Origin: an uncultured Chloroflexota bacterium
GTDB lineage: Bacteria > Chloroflexota > Chloroflexia > Thermomicrobiales > UBA6265
Assembly (NCBI GenBank): GCA_937870845.1
Contig: CALMZR010000175.1
Location: forward strand, 1 to 51,699
Reading direction: 5' to 3'
Length of the DNA: 51,699 bases
Position 1 is the stretch's first letter. Every line of letters starts with the position of its first letter. The notes beneath the pieces are model-generated. The model ran no database searches. It was given only the letters and a program-made list of their open reading frames with translations, and had not been told where the DNA came from. Shown piece by piece: positions 17,455-25,203 of the stretch. The translations under genes were made by a program, and so were the position numbers.

Positions 17455-18294
17455 ATGGCGAGCGTTGCGGCCTCGGCTCCGATGCCGGCGGCAGGCAGGC
17501 GAGGGTTTCGTCTGCGCTGGCTCGGGGAGGCGTTGGCGCACGGGTACGTGTGGGCGTGGCTGGCGGTGTTCGCATTGCCGTTCGTGGCGACGCTGGCGTA
17601 TTCGCTGCGCACGCCGGACGGGGAGTGGACGATCAGCGCGTATCAGTACGTGTTCGGCAGCTTCACCGGCAATCTGCTGCTATCGGTGCAGACGACGGTC
17701 ATCACGATCGTGCTCAACCTGGTGATCGCGGTTCCCGCGGCGTACGCGATCGTGCGCTACCCGATTCCGGGGAAGAGCTTCGTCTTGTCGACGTTGAACC
17801 TTTCGCTGTACACACCGGCGGCGGTAATGGGCGTCAGTCTGGTGATCGCCTACGCGTTCCTGTTTCGCATCCCGCAGACGATGACGGGGTTGATCGCGGC
17901 GTACGTGGTGGGAACGTTTCCGTTGATGCTGGTGCCGATCATCGTCGCGCTGCGTGACTTGCCGACGGTGTTCGAGGAGGCGGCGCGGACGCTGGGCGCG
18001 ACGCGGATGCAGACGTTCTGGCGGGTGGAGGTTCCGCTGCTGGGGCCGGGCATCAGCGCCGGCATCCTGCTCACGTTCGTGATCATCTTCAACGAGTTCC
18101 TGGTGACGCTCTTCATCGCCGGGCCGAGCACGACGACGGCGGCGCTGCGGGTCTACAACCTGACGCGCACGGCAGGATTCCAGCCCTCGACGGCGGCGCT
18201 GGCGACGACGATGCAGCTCGTCTCGTTCGTGGTCGTGCTGCTCTTTTTCCGCTTCTTCGGCTCGCGGTATCTCAAAGGGACGTATCTCATTTGA
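17455..18294 (+). CDS. ABC transporter permease (PotC-like)
   Basis: AVPAAYAI, FEEAARTLGATRMQTFWRVEVPL, FNEFLVTLFIAG. Start moved to ATG 17455. Confidence 0.9.
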   Translation: MASVAASAPMPAAGRRGFRLRWLGEALAHGYVWAWLAVFALPFVATLAYSLRTPDGEWTISAYQYVFGSFTGNLLLSVQTTVITIVLNLVIAVPAAYAIVRYPIPGKSFVLSTLNLSLYTPAAVMGVSLVIAYAFLFRIPQTMTGLIAAYVVGTFPLMLVPIIVALRDLPTVFEEAARTLGATRMQTFWRVEVPLLGPGISAGILLTFVIIFNEFLVTLFIAGPSTTTAALRVYNLTRTAGFQPSTAALATTMQLVSFVVVLLFFRFFGSRYLKGTYLI

Positions 18295-18306
18295 GCCGCG
18301 CGGGAT

Positions 18307-18395
18307 GTGTCGGTTCGAGCCCAGGGAGGAATCTCCTGGCGCCCTCGAACAGGCGTTTGGGAGCGCCGAGACTCCTCCTTCGTCGGAATGACACG
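18307..18395. repeat. REP-like hairpin, family A copy 3
   Basis: GTGTCGGTTCGA..GAGGAATCTC...GCGCCGAGACTCCTCCTTCGTCGGAATGACACG, inside the ABC operon. Confidence 0.82.
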
Positions 18396-18427
18396 ATTTT
18401 GGTGCGCCGATCCGGACGGGACACGCC

Positions 18428-19534
18428 ATGACGAGAGTTCAGCTCGACCTAGTGACGAAGCGGTTCGGCGCGACGATCGCCGTCGACGCGGTGAGCGCCG
18501 ACATCCAGGACGGGGAGTTCGTTACGCTGCTTGGTCCCTCCGGGTGCGGCAAGACGACGACGCTGCGCATGGTGGCGGGGCTCGTCGATCCGACGGCGGG
18601 CCAGATCCGCTTCGACGGCCAGGTCGTCAATGCCGTGCCGTCGCATAGGCGCAACATCGGGCTTGCGTTTCAGAGCCACGCGCTTTTTCCGCACTTGACG
18701 GTGGCGCGCAACGTCGCCTTCGGACTGGAGGTGAAGGGAACACCGAAGGCAGAGACGAAGGCGCGGGTGGCGGATATGCTCGACATGGTCGAGCTGGCCG
18801 CGTACGCGGACCGGATGCCGGCGCAGCTCTCCGGCGGGCAGCAGCAGCGGGTGGCGCTGGCGCGAATGCTGGCGACCGATCCGCGGGTGCTGTTGTTCGA
18901 CGAGCCGCTCTCCGCGCTCGACCGCAACCTGCGCGACACGTTGAAGTATTCGATTCTCGACTTGCAGCGGCGGACGAGGAAGACGGCGATCTACGTCACG
19001 CACGACCAGTCGGAGGCGTTCGCGATCTCGGATCGCATCTTCGTCATGAACGAGGGGCGGATCGAGCAGGAGGGGACGCAGCTCGATATCTATCTGCGGC
19101 CGCGAACGGAGTTCGTGGCAAATTTCGTGGGGGACAACAACGCGATTTCTGGCGAGGTGGCCGGGTTCGTTCCGGGCGAACCCGGGGAACCGCGGCTGGT
19201 CGATGTGCGCGCCGGCGATCTGCGGCTGCGCGGAATGGACCCCGGCAATGTTCGTGAGGGAGACCGGGTGCTGGCGTTTGTCCGGCCGGAGAACATCGAG
19301 ATTGTGGCAGACGGATTTGGGGGAGATGGCGAGAATCTGCTGCGGGGTCAGGTCGAGCAGATCGTGTTCGAGGGGCCGACTGTGCGGCTTCTCGTCGATG
19401 TCGGCGGCACGCCGGTCAAGGTGACGGCGGGGGGGATCGATCGGCTCACGCTGCTGGACAAGGAGCGGCGCGATGTCACGTTGCGGTTGCAAGACGTGAC
19501 GGTGGTGAGGGACGATCCGAACGTCGCGGCGTAG
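18428..19534 (+). CDS. ABC transporter ATP-binding protein (PotA/FbpC-like, TOBE domain)
   Basis: GPSGCGKTT, LSGGQQQRVALAR, LLFDEP, YVTHDQSEA. Confidence 0.95.
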   Translation: MTRVQLDLVTKRFGATIAVDAVSADIQDGEFVTLLGPSGCGKTTTLRMVAGLVDPTAGQIRFDGQVVNAVPSHRRNIGLAFQSHALFPHLTVARNVAFGLEVKGTPKAETKARVADMLDMVELAAYADRMPAQLSGGQQQRVALARMLATDPRVLLFDEPLSALDRNLRDTLKYSILDLQRRTRKTAIYVTHDQSEAFAISDRIFVMNEGRIEQEGTQLDIYLRPRTEFVANFVGDNNAISGEVAGFVPGEPGEPRLVDVRAGDLRLRGMDPGNVREGDRVLAFVRPENIEIVADGFGGDGENLLRGQVEQIVFEGPTVRLLVDVGGTPVKVTAGGIDRLTLLDKERRDVTLRLQDVTVVRDDPNVAA

Positions 19535-19554
19535 CCGCCGACCGGCGCGGGCGA

Positions 19555-20373
19555 TCAGCAACCGTCCCGGCTCCAGACTCCCAACGCAGAGCGGACCTTT
19601 TCAAGCGGATACCGCGGCAGTTGCACGTCGGGCCACGAAGCTGCGACGGCCTCCGGCGTGGCGTCCTCGGGGCGAAACGTGGCGAGGTCGTCTATCGGCA
19701 ACGGGACGTTTACCAGCCCTGTCCGGGGGTGGATGGAATACGGGACGCGGAAGTTCGCGTTGTCCTTGAGGATGTATTCATCGAAGAGGAGGGCGTTCGG
19801 GTTGTCGCGGTCGGCGTTGGCGGTCGTGATGAGGGGACGATCTTCGCCGACGGCTTCGCGGATTGGCATGGCGTCCGGGTCATCGGCGAGCCGGCGCTCG
19901 ACTTCGCAGGCGACGGCGCGCACGACGGCCCGTTCGAGCTGCCACAGCTCGTCGTCGGGGATGCCTCCGAGGTCGGGGACGTCCCACATCAGGTGGAAGC
20001 CGTCCGAACCCGAGAACTTCACGAGGGGATCGAGACGCTGCTGGCGCAGGACGTCGGCGGCGTGGCGGGCGGCGAGGAGGGCCATCTCGGTGGGCAGCGC
20101 GCGGGAGTCGATGTCGATGACGAACCAGGCGCCGCGGTCGTCGGAGCGGATGTGGGCGTGCAGCCCTTCGGCGTACTGGCGGGCCCAGTCGACGAGCGTC
20201 GCGTCGTCCGGGATGCGGATCCAGGTATCGTCGCCGGGGCCGCCGGTGTGGCGGCGGTAGACGAGGTCTTTCTCGCCGGGGAACCGCTGCTCGATGGCGA
20301 TCTTCCGTCCCCGGGTAAACGGGACGATGCGATCGGCGACGCGGGTGTAGTAGTCGAGGTGCTTAGCGGGCAT
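19555..20373 (-). CDS. Stand-alone LigD polymerase-domain-like protein (AEP primase-polymerase)
   Basis: LDYYTRVADRIVP, FVIDID (motif I DxD), KFSGSDGFH (motif II), LLFD (motif III), VPYS..VNVPL align by eye to LigD PolDom. Confidence 0.82.
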   Translation of the reverse strand: MPAKHLDYYTRVADRIVPFTRGRKIAIEQRFPGEKDLVYRRHTGGPGDDTWIRIPDDATLVDWARQYAEGLHAHIRSDDRGAWFVIDIDSRALPTEMALLAARHAADVLRQQRLDPLVKFSGSDGFHLMWDVPDLGGIPDDELWQLERAVVRAVACEVERRLADDPDAMPIREAVGEDRPLITTANADRDNPNALLFDEYILKDNANFRVPYSIHPRTGLVNVPLPIDDLATFRPEDATPEAVAASWPDVQLPRYPLEKVRSALGVWSRDGC

Positions 20374-20385
20374 CGGCGGCGCGGT

Positions 20386-20844
20386 TCATTCGATCGATTG
20401 CTCCCCCTCGCCTTCGAGGTTGCGCGGCCCGAAGGCCATCGGCAGCAACTCGCCGAGGCGAACCGCGCGCCCCGTTTCGCGGTCGTCGAGGATCACGATC
20501 ATGTCTTCGCTCACGGGGCGGAATTCGTTGAGCACTTGGCGGCAGGCGCCGCAGGGAGTGGTCAGGGGGACGCGCGGGGCCGAGACGGCGATGGCGACGA
20601 TATCGCGATGGCCGGCGCTGGCGAGTGCGGTCACCGCCGAGCGCTCGGCGCAGATGGTCAGGCCGTAGCTGGCGTTCTCCACGTTGGCGCCGGTGAAGAC
20701 GGAGCCGTCCGCGGCAAGGGCCGCCGCGCCGACGGGGAAGTTGGAGTACGGGACGTACGCGCGCTGGGCGACCTGCCGCGCTCGTGAAAGCAAGTCCCGC
20801 TGGATCGTTGCGTCAAGCTTGATCGTCGTCTGAAGGGCAGTCAC
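20386..20844 (-). CDS. cdd: Cytidine deaminase (homotetrameric type)
   Basis: AYVPYSNFPVGAA, GANVENASYGLTICAERSA, PCGACRQVLNEF, ELLPMAFGP. Confidence 0.96.
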   Translation of the reverse strand: MTALQTTIKLDATIQRDLLSRARQVAQRAYVPYSNFPVGAAALAADGSVFTGANVENASYGLTICAERSAVTALASAGHRDIVAIAVSAPRVPLTTPCGACRQVLNEFRPVSEDMIVILDDRETGRAVRLGELLPMAFGPRNLEGEGEQSIE

Positions 20845-21392
20845 GGCGCTGATTCTCCTCTTGCGCTCGATCGATCGTCCGCTGCGACGGGTTCGGCCTT
20901 GGAAGATTCGTTGGTTGCTCCGTCATCGAGGTATCGAGATTCCCACTGATTGGCAATGGCATCGCTGACTCGGACGAACGTCGCCGTCGCGGAGGCAATA
21001 ACGGCGCCGTCGCGGTCGCGTGTCAGTTCGCCCGCGGTGGCCACGATGCGGCCGCGGTTCTCCGTGACCTCTGCTGTGACCGTGGTCGAGTCGCCGACCG
21101 AAAGCGGGCGCCTGAAGCGGACGCTCATCTCGGCGGTGACGGTCCAGACGCCGGCGCTGGTCGTGGCCCAGGCCATCGCCTCGTCGAGCACGGTGGAGAT
21201 GATCCCGCCGTGGACGATGCCGTCGAAGCCCTGGTGGGCGGGTTCCGGGGTGAACGCAGCGCGGACGCCGTCGTTGGTCGTCGAAAACCGCAAGTGCAGC
21301 CCGATAGGGTTGTCGTCGCCGCAGCCGAAGCAGGCGTGGTCAAAGCGGATGGACTGGAACGCGGCGGTCTTGCGTTGGGACTGGTCGACCAT
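20841..21392 (-). CDS. PaaI family thioesterase (hotdog fold)
   Basis: CFGCGDDNPIGL, HQGFDGIVHGGIISTVLDEAM, VTAEMSVRFRRP; 4-nt overlap with cdd. Confidence 0.9.
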   Translation of the reverse strand: MVDQSQRKTAAFQSIRFDHACFGCGDDNPIGLHLRFSTTNDGVRAAFTPEPAHQGFDGIVHGGIISTVLDEAMAWATTSAGVWTVTAEMSVRFRRPLSVGDSTTVTAEVTENRGRIVATAGELTRDRDGAVIASATATFVRVSDAIANQWESRYLDDGATNESSKAEPVAADDRSSARGESAP

Positions 21393-21482
21393 GCGCGAAG
21401 TGTCTACTGCCGCGGGGCCGGCGTCCAGAAGGAATACGATGGAAACGTTCGCCGATGGCGAAGATCGGGGAAACCGCTTAAA

Positions 21483-21500
21483 CTTGACCTAGAACTCAAG
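21483..21500. promoter_or_regulatory. Candidate operator CTTGA-N8-TCAAG
   Basis: Inverted repeat in an AT-rich patch 24 nt upstream of the moeB ATG, within a divergent intergenic region. Confidence 0.35.
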
Positions 21501-21524
21501 AACTTCGATTGCTGGGAGCTGCCG

Positions 21525-22700
21525 ATGCCAACCTACCAGGAAATCCTCGAACAGAAGCGCGCGACGGTGCGCGAGGTCGACGCCCGCCGATCGGCTCAGT
21601 TGCGGGAGCAGGGCGCGGTCTTGATCGACGTGCGCGAGCAGGACGAAGTGGACCAGGGGATCGTCCCCGGGGCCATCCACATCCCCCGCGGCTACCTTGA
21701 AATGCGGATCGAAGAGGCGGTGCGCGATCGCGATACGCCGCTCGTCGTATATTGTGCTGGCGGGGTGCGATCTCTCTTTGGCGCGGAGTCGCTGACCGAG
21801 CTTGGCTACCGCGACGTGGTGTCGATGGCCGGCGGGTTTTCGGGGTGGAAGGCGGCGGGGCTGCCCTGGCGCGTGCCGCAGGTGTTGACGCCGGACCAGC
21901 GGCGGCGGTACAGCCGGCATCTGCTCATCCCGGAGGTTGGCGAAGAGGGGCAGCGCAAGCTGCTCGACGCCAAGGTGCTGCTGGTCGGAGCGGGCGGGCT
22001 AGGCTCTCCCGCGGCGCTCTACCTGGCGGCGGCTGGGGTCGGCACGCTGGGGATCGTTGACGACGACGTTGTCGACGACTCCAATTTGCAGCGCCAAGTC
22101 GTGCATACAACCGATCGGTTGGGGATTCCGAAGGCGGAGTCTGCCCGCATCGCCATCGAATCGCTCAACCCCGACGTGAAGGTGGTCAAGCACGAGACGC
22201 GGCTCGACAAGAGCAACGTGCTCGACATCTTTGCCCAGTACGACATCATCCTCGACGGCACCGACAACTTCGCCACCCGTTACCTGATCAACGACGCGTC
22301 GGTGCTCCTGAACAAACCGAACGTTCATGGCAGCATCTTTCGCTTCGAGGGGCAGGCGACGACGTTCATCCCGCACGACGGGCCGTGCTACCGCTGCCTC
22401 TTCCCGACGCCTCCGCCGCCGGAGCTGGCTCCAAGCTGCGCCGAGGCGGGCGTGCTGGGCCTGCTGCCGGGAACGGTCGGCATGATCCAGGCGACGGAGA
22501 CCGCCAAGCTCATTCTGGGCATCGGCGAGCCGCTGGTCGGCCGCCTCTTGACCTACGACGCGCTGGGCATGGAGTTCCGCGAGCTGAGGCTCAGCCGCGA
22601 TCCGGAGTGCCCGATGTGCGGGTCGGACGCGCCGACGTCACTGGTTGACATCGAATACACGGATGTCGGCTGCTTGATTCCGGCGTTGGCCGTTCGCTGA
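21525..22700 (+). CDS. moeB: Molybdopterin-synthase adenylyltransferase MoeB/MoeZ with N-terminal rhodanese domain
   Basis: LIDVRE..YCAGGVRS (rhodanese), RYSRHL, GAGGLGSP, SNLQRQ, PCYRC, SCAEAGVLG, CPMC. GGGAG RBS before ATG 21525. Confidence 0.92.
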   Translation: MPTYQEILEQKRATVREVDARRSAQLREQGAVLIDVREQDEVDQGIVPGAIHIPRGYLEMRIEEAVRDRDTPLVVYCAGGVRSLFGAESLTELGYRDVVSMAGGFSGWKAAGLPWRVPQVLTPDQRRRYSRHLLIPEVGEEGQRKLLDAKVLLVGAGGLGSPAALYLAAAGVGTLGIVDDDVVDDSNLQRQVVHTTDRLGIPKAESARIAIESLNPDVKVVKHETRLDKSNVLDIFAQYDIILDGTDNFATRYLINDASVLLNKPNVHGSIFRFEGQATTFIPHDGPCYRCLFPTPPPPELAPSCAEAGVLGLLPGTVGMIQATETAKLILGIGEPLVGRLLTYDALGMEFRELRLSRDPECPMCGSDAPTSLVDIEYTDVGCLIPALAVR

Positions 22701-22703
22701 ATG

Positions 22704-22777
22704 GGGTGACGGGTGTCGGGTGTCGGGTGTCGGAAACGAGGTCCGACCCGTCACCCGTCGCCTGTCACCTGTCACCC
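22704..22777. repeat. Heptamer tandem/inverted repeat (GGGTGWC)4...(GTCACCY)4
   Basis: GGGTGAC GGGTGTC GGGTGTC GGGTGTC, spacer, CCGACCC GTCACCC GTCGCCT GTCACCT GTCACCC, between convergent moeB and trpS. Confidence 0.85.
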
Positions 22778-23827
22778 AAGGCCTATTCCCATGCGATCGC
22801 GGACCTCGGCCATCTTGAATATGGCGCGGGCACGGGCGCGGTCGGCGCCGTCGCTGAGGATGGCGCGGGCGGCGTCAGGGTTGGCGTCGAGGTCGGCGAG
22901 GCGGGCCTGGATGGGGGCCATGGCGGCGACGACGACCTCGGCAAGGTCGGTCTTGAAGGCGCCGTAGCCCTTGCCCGCGTATCGCTCCTCAAGGGCGGCG
23001 ATCGGTTCATTGCTGAGCAGGCTATAGATCGTCAGCAGATTCGTCAGGGCCGGCTTGTCCGGGGCGGCGACGACTTCGGTGCCGGAGTCGGTGACGGCGC
23101 GGCGAATCTTGCGGCGAATCGTGTCCGGGTCATCCGTCAGGGCGATTGAGGCGTTGGGGCTGGCGTCGCTCTTGCTCATCTTCTTGGTTGGGTCTTCCAG
23201 GGACATGATGCGGGCGCCGTTCGCCTTGATGTCGGGCTGCGGCAGGACGAACGTCTCGCCGTAGCGGGCGTTGAAGCGGGCGCCGATGTCGCGCGTCAGC
23301 TCGATGTGCTGCTTCTGGTCCTCGCCGACCGGCACCAGGTTAGTGTCGTAGAGGAGGATGTCGGCGGCCTGGAGGACGGGATAGAAGAGGAGCGCGGAGC
23401 TGACCCGCTCGCCTCGGCCGCCGGCTTTGTCCTTGAACTGGGTCATGCGGCGCAGCTCGCCATCCATTGTGACGGAGCTGAGCAGCCAGCAGAGTTCGGT
23501 GTGTTCGCGCACGTCCGACTGGATGAAGATGATCGACTGCGCGGGATCGAGACCTGAGGCCAGGAGCATGTTGGCCAGATTGCGGTTGTTTTCGCGCAGG
23601 GTGTCCCGTGACGTGGTTTGCGACAGCGCGTGCAGATCGACGACGCAGAAGATGTTGTCGTACTCGCTCTGCTGGGCGACCCAGTTGCGGATGGCGCCGA
23701 GGTAATTGCCCAGGTGGAAGTTGCCCGTCGGCTGGATGCCGGAGAAGACTTTTTGCCGAACGGGCCGCGGGGCGGCGCCGGGATTCTCCTCAACCGCTAG
23801 GCCGCTGGGGGTCGATTCGCTTACCAC
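22772..23827 (-). CDS. trpS: Tryptophan--tRNA ligase
   Basis: FSGIQPTGNFHLGNYLGAI, YPVLQAADILLY, VPVGEDQKQHIELTRD, KMSKS. GTG 23827 has a GGAGG RBS. Confidence 0.97.
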   Translation of the reverse strand: MVSESTPSGLAVEENPGAAPRPVRQKVFSGIQPTGNFHLGNYLGAIRNWVAQQSEYDNIFCVVDLHALSQTTSRDTLRENNRNLANMLLASGLDPAQSIIFIQSDVREHTELCWLLSSVTMDGELRRMTQFKDKAGGRGERVSSALLFYPVLQAADILLYDTNLVPVGEDQKQHIELTRDIGARFNARYGETFVLPQPDIKANGARIMSLEDPTKKMSKSDASPNASIALTDDPDTIRRKIRRAVTDSGTEVVAAPDKPALTNLLTIYSLLSNEPIAALEERYAGKGYGAFKTDLAEVVVAAMAPIQARLADLDANPDAARAILSDGADRARARAIFKMAEVRDRMGIGLG

Positions 23828-23874
23828 GATTCCTCCATGATGACGCCTTCGCTCCATCAGTCGACACGGCTCAG

Positions 23875-23965
23875 CGAGTCAAGACGACCGACGCGAAAAA
23901 TCTTGGCAACCATGAGACACGACTTCAGGTAAACCGAGATTCCGCGCCGCGCTCGGAATGACACG
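23875..23965. repeat. REP-like hairpin, family A copy 4
   Basis: Right arm CCGAGATTCCGCGCCGCGCTCGGAATGACACG (23934-23965); left arm strongly decayed, so the left boundary is approximate. Confidence 0.72.
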
Positions 23966-24019
23966 CCGGAGCCGGTTTGCACCTGAGGCAGTCAGGCCGC
24001 GAATTATAGCCGGGAGCAG

Positions 24020-24376
24020 TCAGCGGCCGGGATTTGTCTGGGGGGCGGGTGAGATGCCGGACATCCACATCACGCCGAAATCGCGCATGCTCTCGATGAT
24101 GGGGAGCAGGGCGTGCCCTTTGTCGGTGAGGCAGTAATCGACTCGGGGTGGCATCTCGGCGAAGGTGGAGCGAGTCACGATCTGGCCATCTTCGAGTCTG
24201 CGCAGCCGTTCGGAGAGCGTCTTGGGGCTGATGCTGCCCAGGGAGCGCTGCAGCTCGCTGAAGCGGCGGCACCCGGGCGCGAGATCGCGCACGATGAGCG
24301 GCGTCCAGCGGTCGCCGATCAGGGTGGCGGTGCGCGCGATAGGGCAGCAGACGTCGTCGAACCGTGGCATGGACAT
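24020..24376 (-). CDS. HxlR/DUF24 family winged-helix transcriptional regulator
   Basis: CCPIARTATLIGDRWT, RRFSELQRSL..ISPKTLSERLRRLE, PPRVDYCLTDKG. Confidence 0.92.
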   Translation of the reverse strand: MSMPRFDDVCCPIARTATLIGDRWTPLIVRDLAPGCRRFSELQRSLGSISPKTLSERLRRLEDGQIVTRSTFAEMPPRVDYCLTDKGHALLPIIESMRDFGVMWMSGISPAPQTNPGR

Positions 24377-24633
24377 CCCAAATCGCGAACTTGGCGGCGG
24401 AGTTTGCCGCGAGCGGACGCTGCTCGTCGCTCCTCTCCCGTCGCAGGCTACGATAGCACGCGCCTCGGCCGCGGCGGCGCCGCATCTGTGGCCGAAATTC
24501 ACACAGCTCGGCGAGCGGATGAGCAGCGCGCCGCGGCGCCGACTCCGACGCAGGAACGGACCTCGGAGACTGAAGCATCATGGCACGAAGTCGGGGCATG
24601 TGGACGCGACAGCTTCCGGTCGAGGAGCGTTGC

Positions 24634-25203
24634 GTGCGCGTCTCGTCTCCGCTTCGCCTGGGTGTGGTCGGCGATACGCACGGGTCGGCGCCGCCGTCGC
24701 GAAGGTCGTTCGAGTTCGTCGCCGAGTTCTTCGCGCGAGCGGGCGTCGATCTCATCCTGCACGCCGGGGATGCGGGTCATGCGTCGGTTCTGGAGACGCT
24801 CGAGGCTGTCGCCCCGGTCGTCGCGGTGCGTGGGAATGCCGATCCGTTGGACCTCATCGAGGTGCTCCCCGACCAAGTCCGCATCGATGCCGGAAGCCGT
24901 ACTTTGCAGCTTCTGCACGGTCATCACGGCAAGACGGCGGCGAAGGCGGCGAGGGCGGCGGCCGACGCGGCCATCGACCTGATCGTGTTCGGGCACAGTC
25001 ATCGGCCGCTGATCGACCGCGAGGGCACGACGATCCTGTTCAATCCTGGTTCGCCCGTCGAGCGGCGGTGGAATCCGCATTTTGGCCTGGGGCTGATCGA
25101 CGTTTCGGACGAGAGCATCGAGCCGGAGCTGATCCTGTTCGAAGATCGGCGGCATCTGGCGAACGTCGTCGTTTCGCGGCAAGGATCAGGTGGCGGCCGG
25201 TAG
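24634..25203 (+). CDS. Metallophosphoesterase, YfcE/MJ0936 family
   Basis: GDTHG, ILHAGD, VRGNAD, LHGH, FGHSH, FNPGS. GTG 24634 has a GAGGAG RBS (alternative ATG 24580). Confidence 0.92.
   Translation: MRVSSPLRLGVVGDTHGSAPPSRRSFEFVAEFFARAGVDLILHAGDAGHASVLETLEAVAPVVAVRGNADPLDLIEVLPDQVRIDAGSRTLQLLHGHHGKTAAKAARAAADAAIDLIVFGHSHRPLIDREGTTILFNPGSPVERRWNPHFGLGLIDVSDESIEPELILFEDRRHLANVVVSRQGSGGGR

Noticed and set aside
19555-20844. cdd plus polymerase as an APOBEC-like mutator system
   Set aside because: The deaminase has standard free-nucleoside tetrameric Cdd motifs (CAE, PCGACRQ); nothing suggests polynucleotide activity.
23828-24019. T-box riboswitch upstream of trpS
   Set aside because: No T-box consensus (AGGTGGNACCGCG-like) seen; the region is short and largely occupied by a REP-like repeat.
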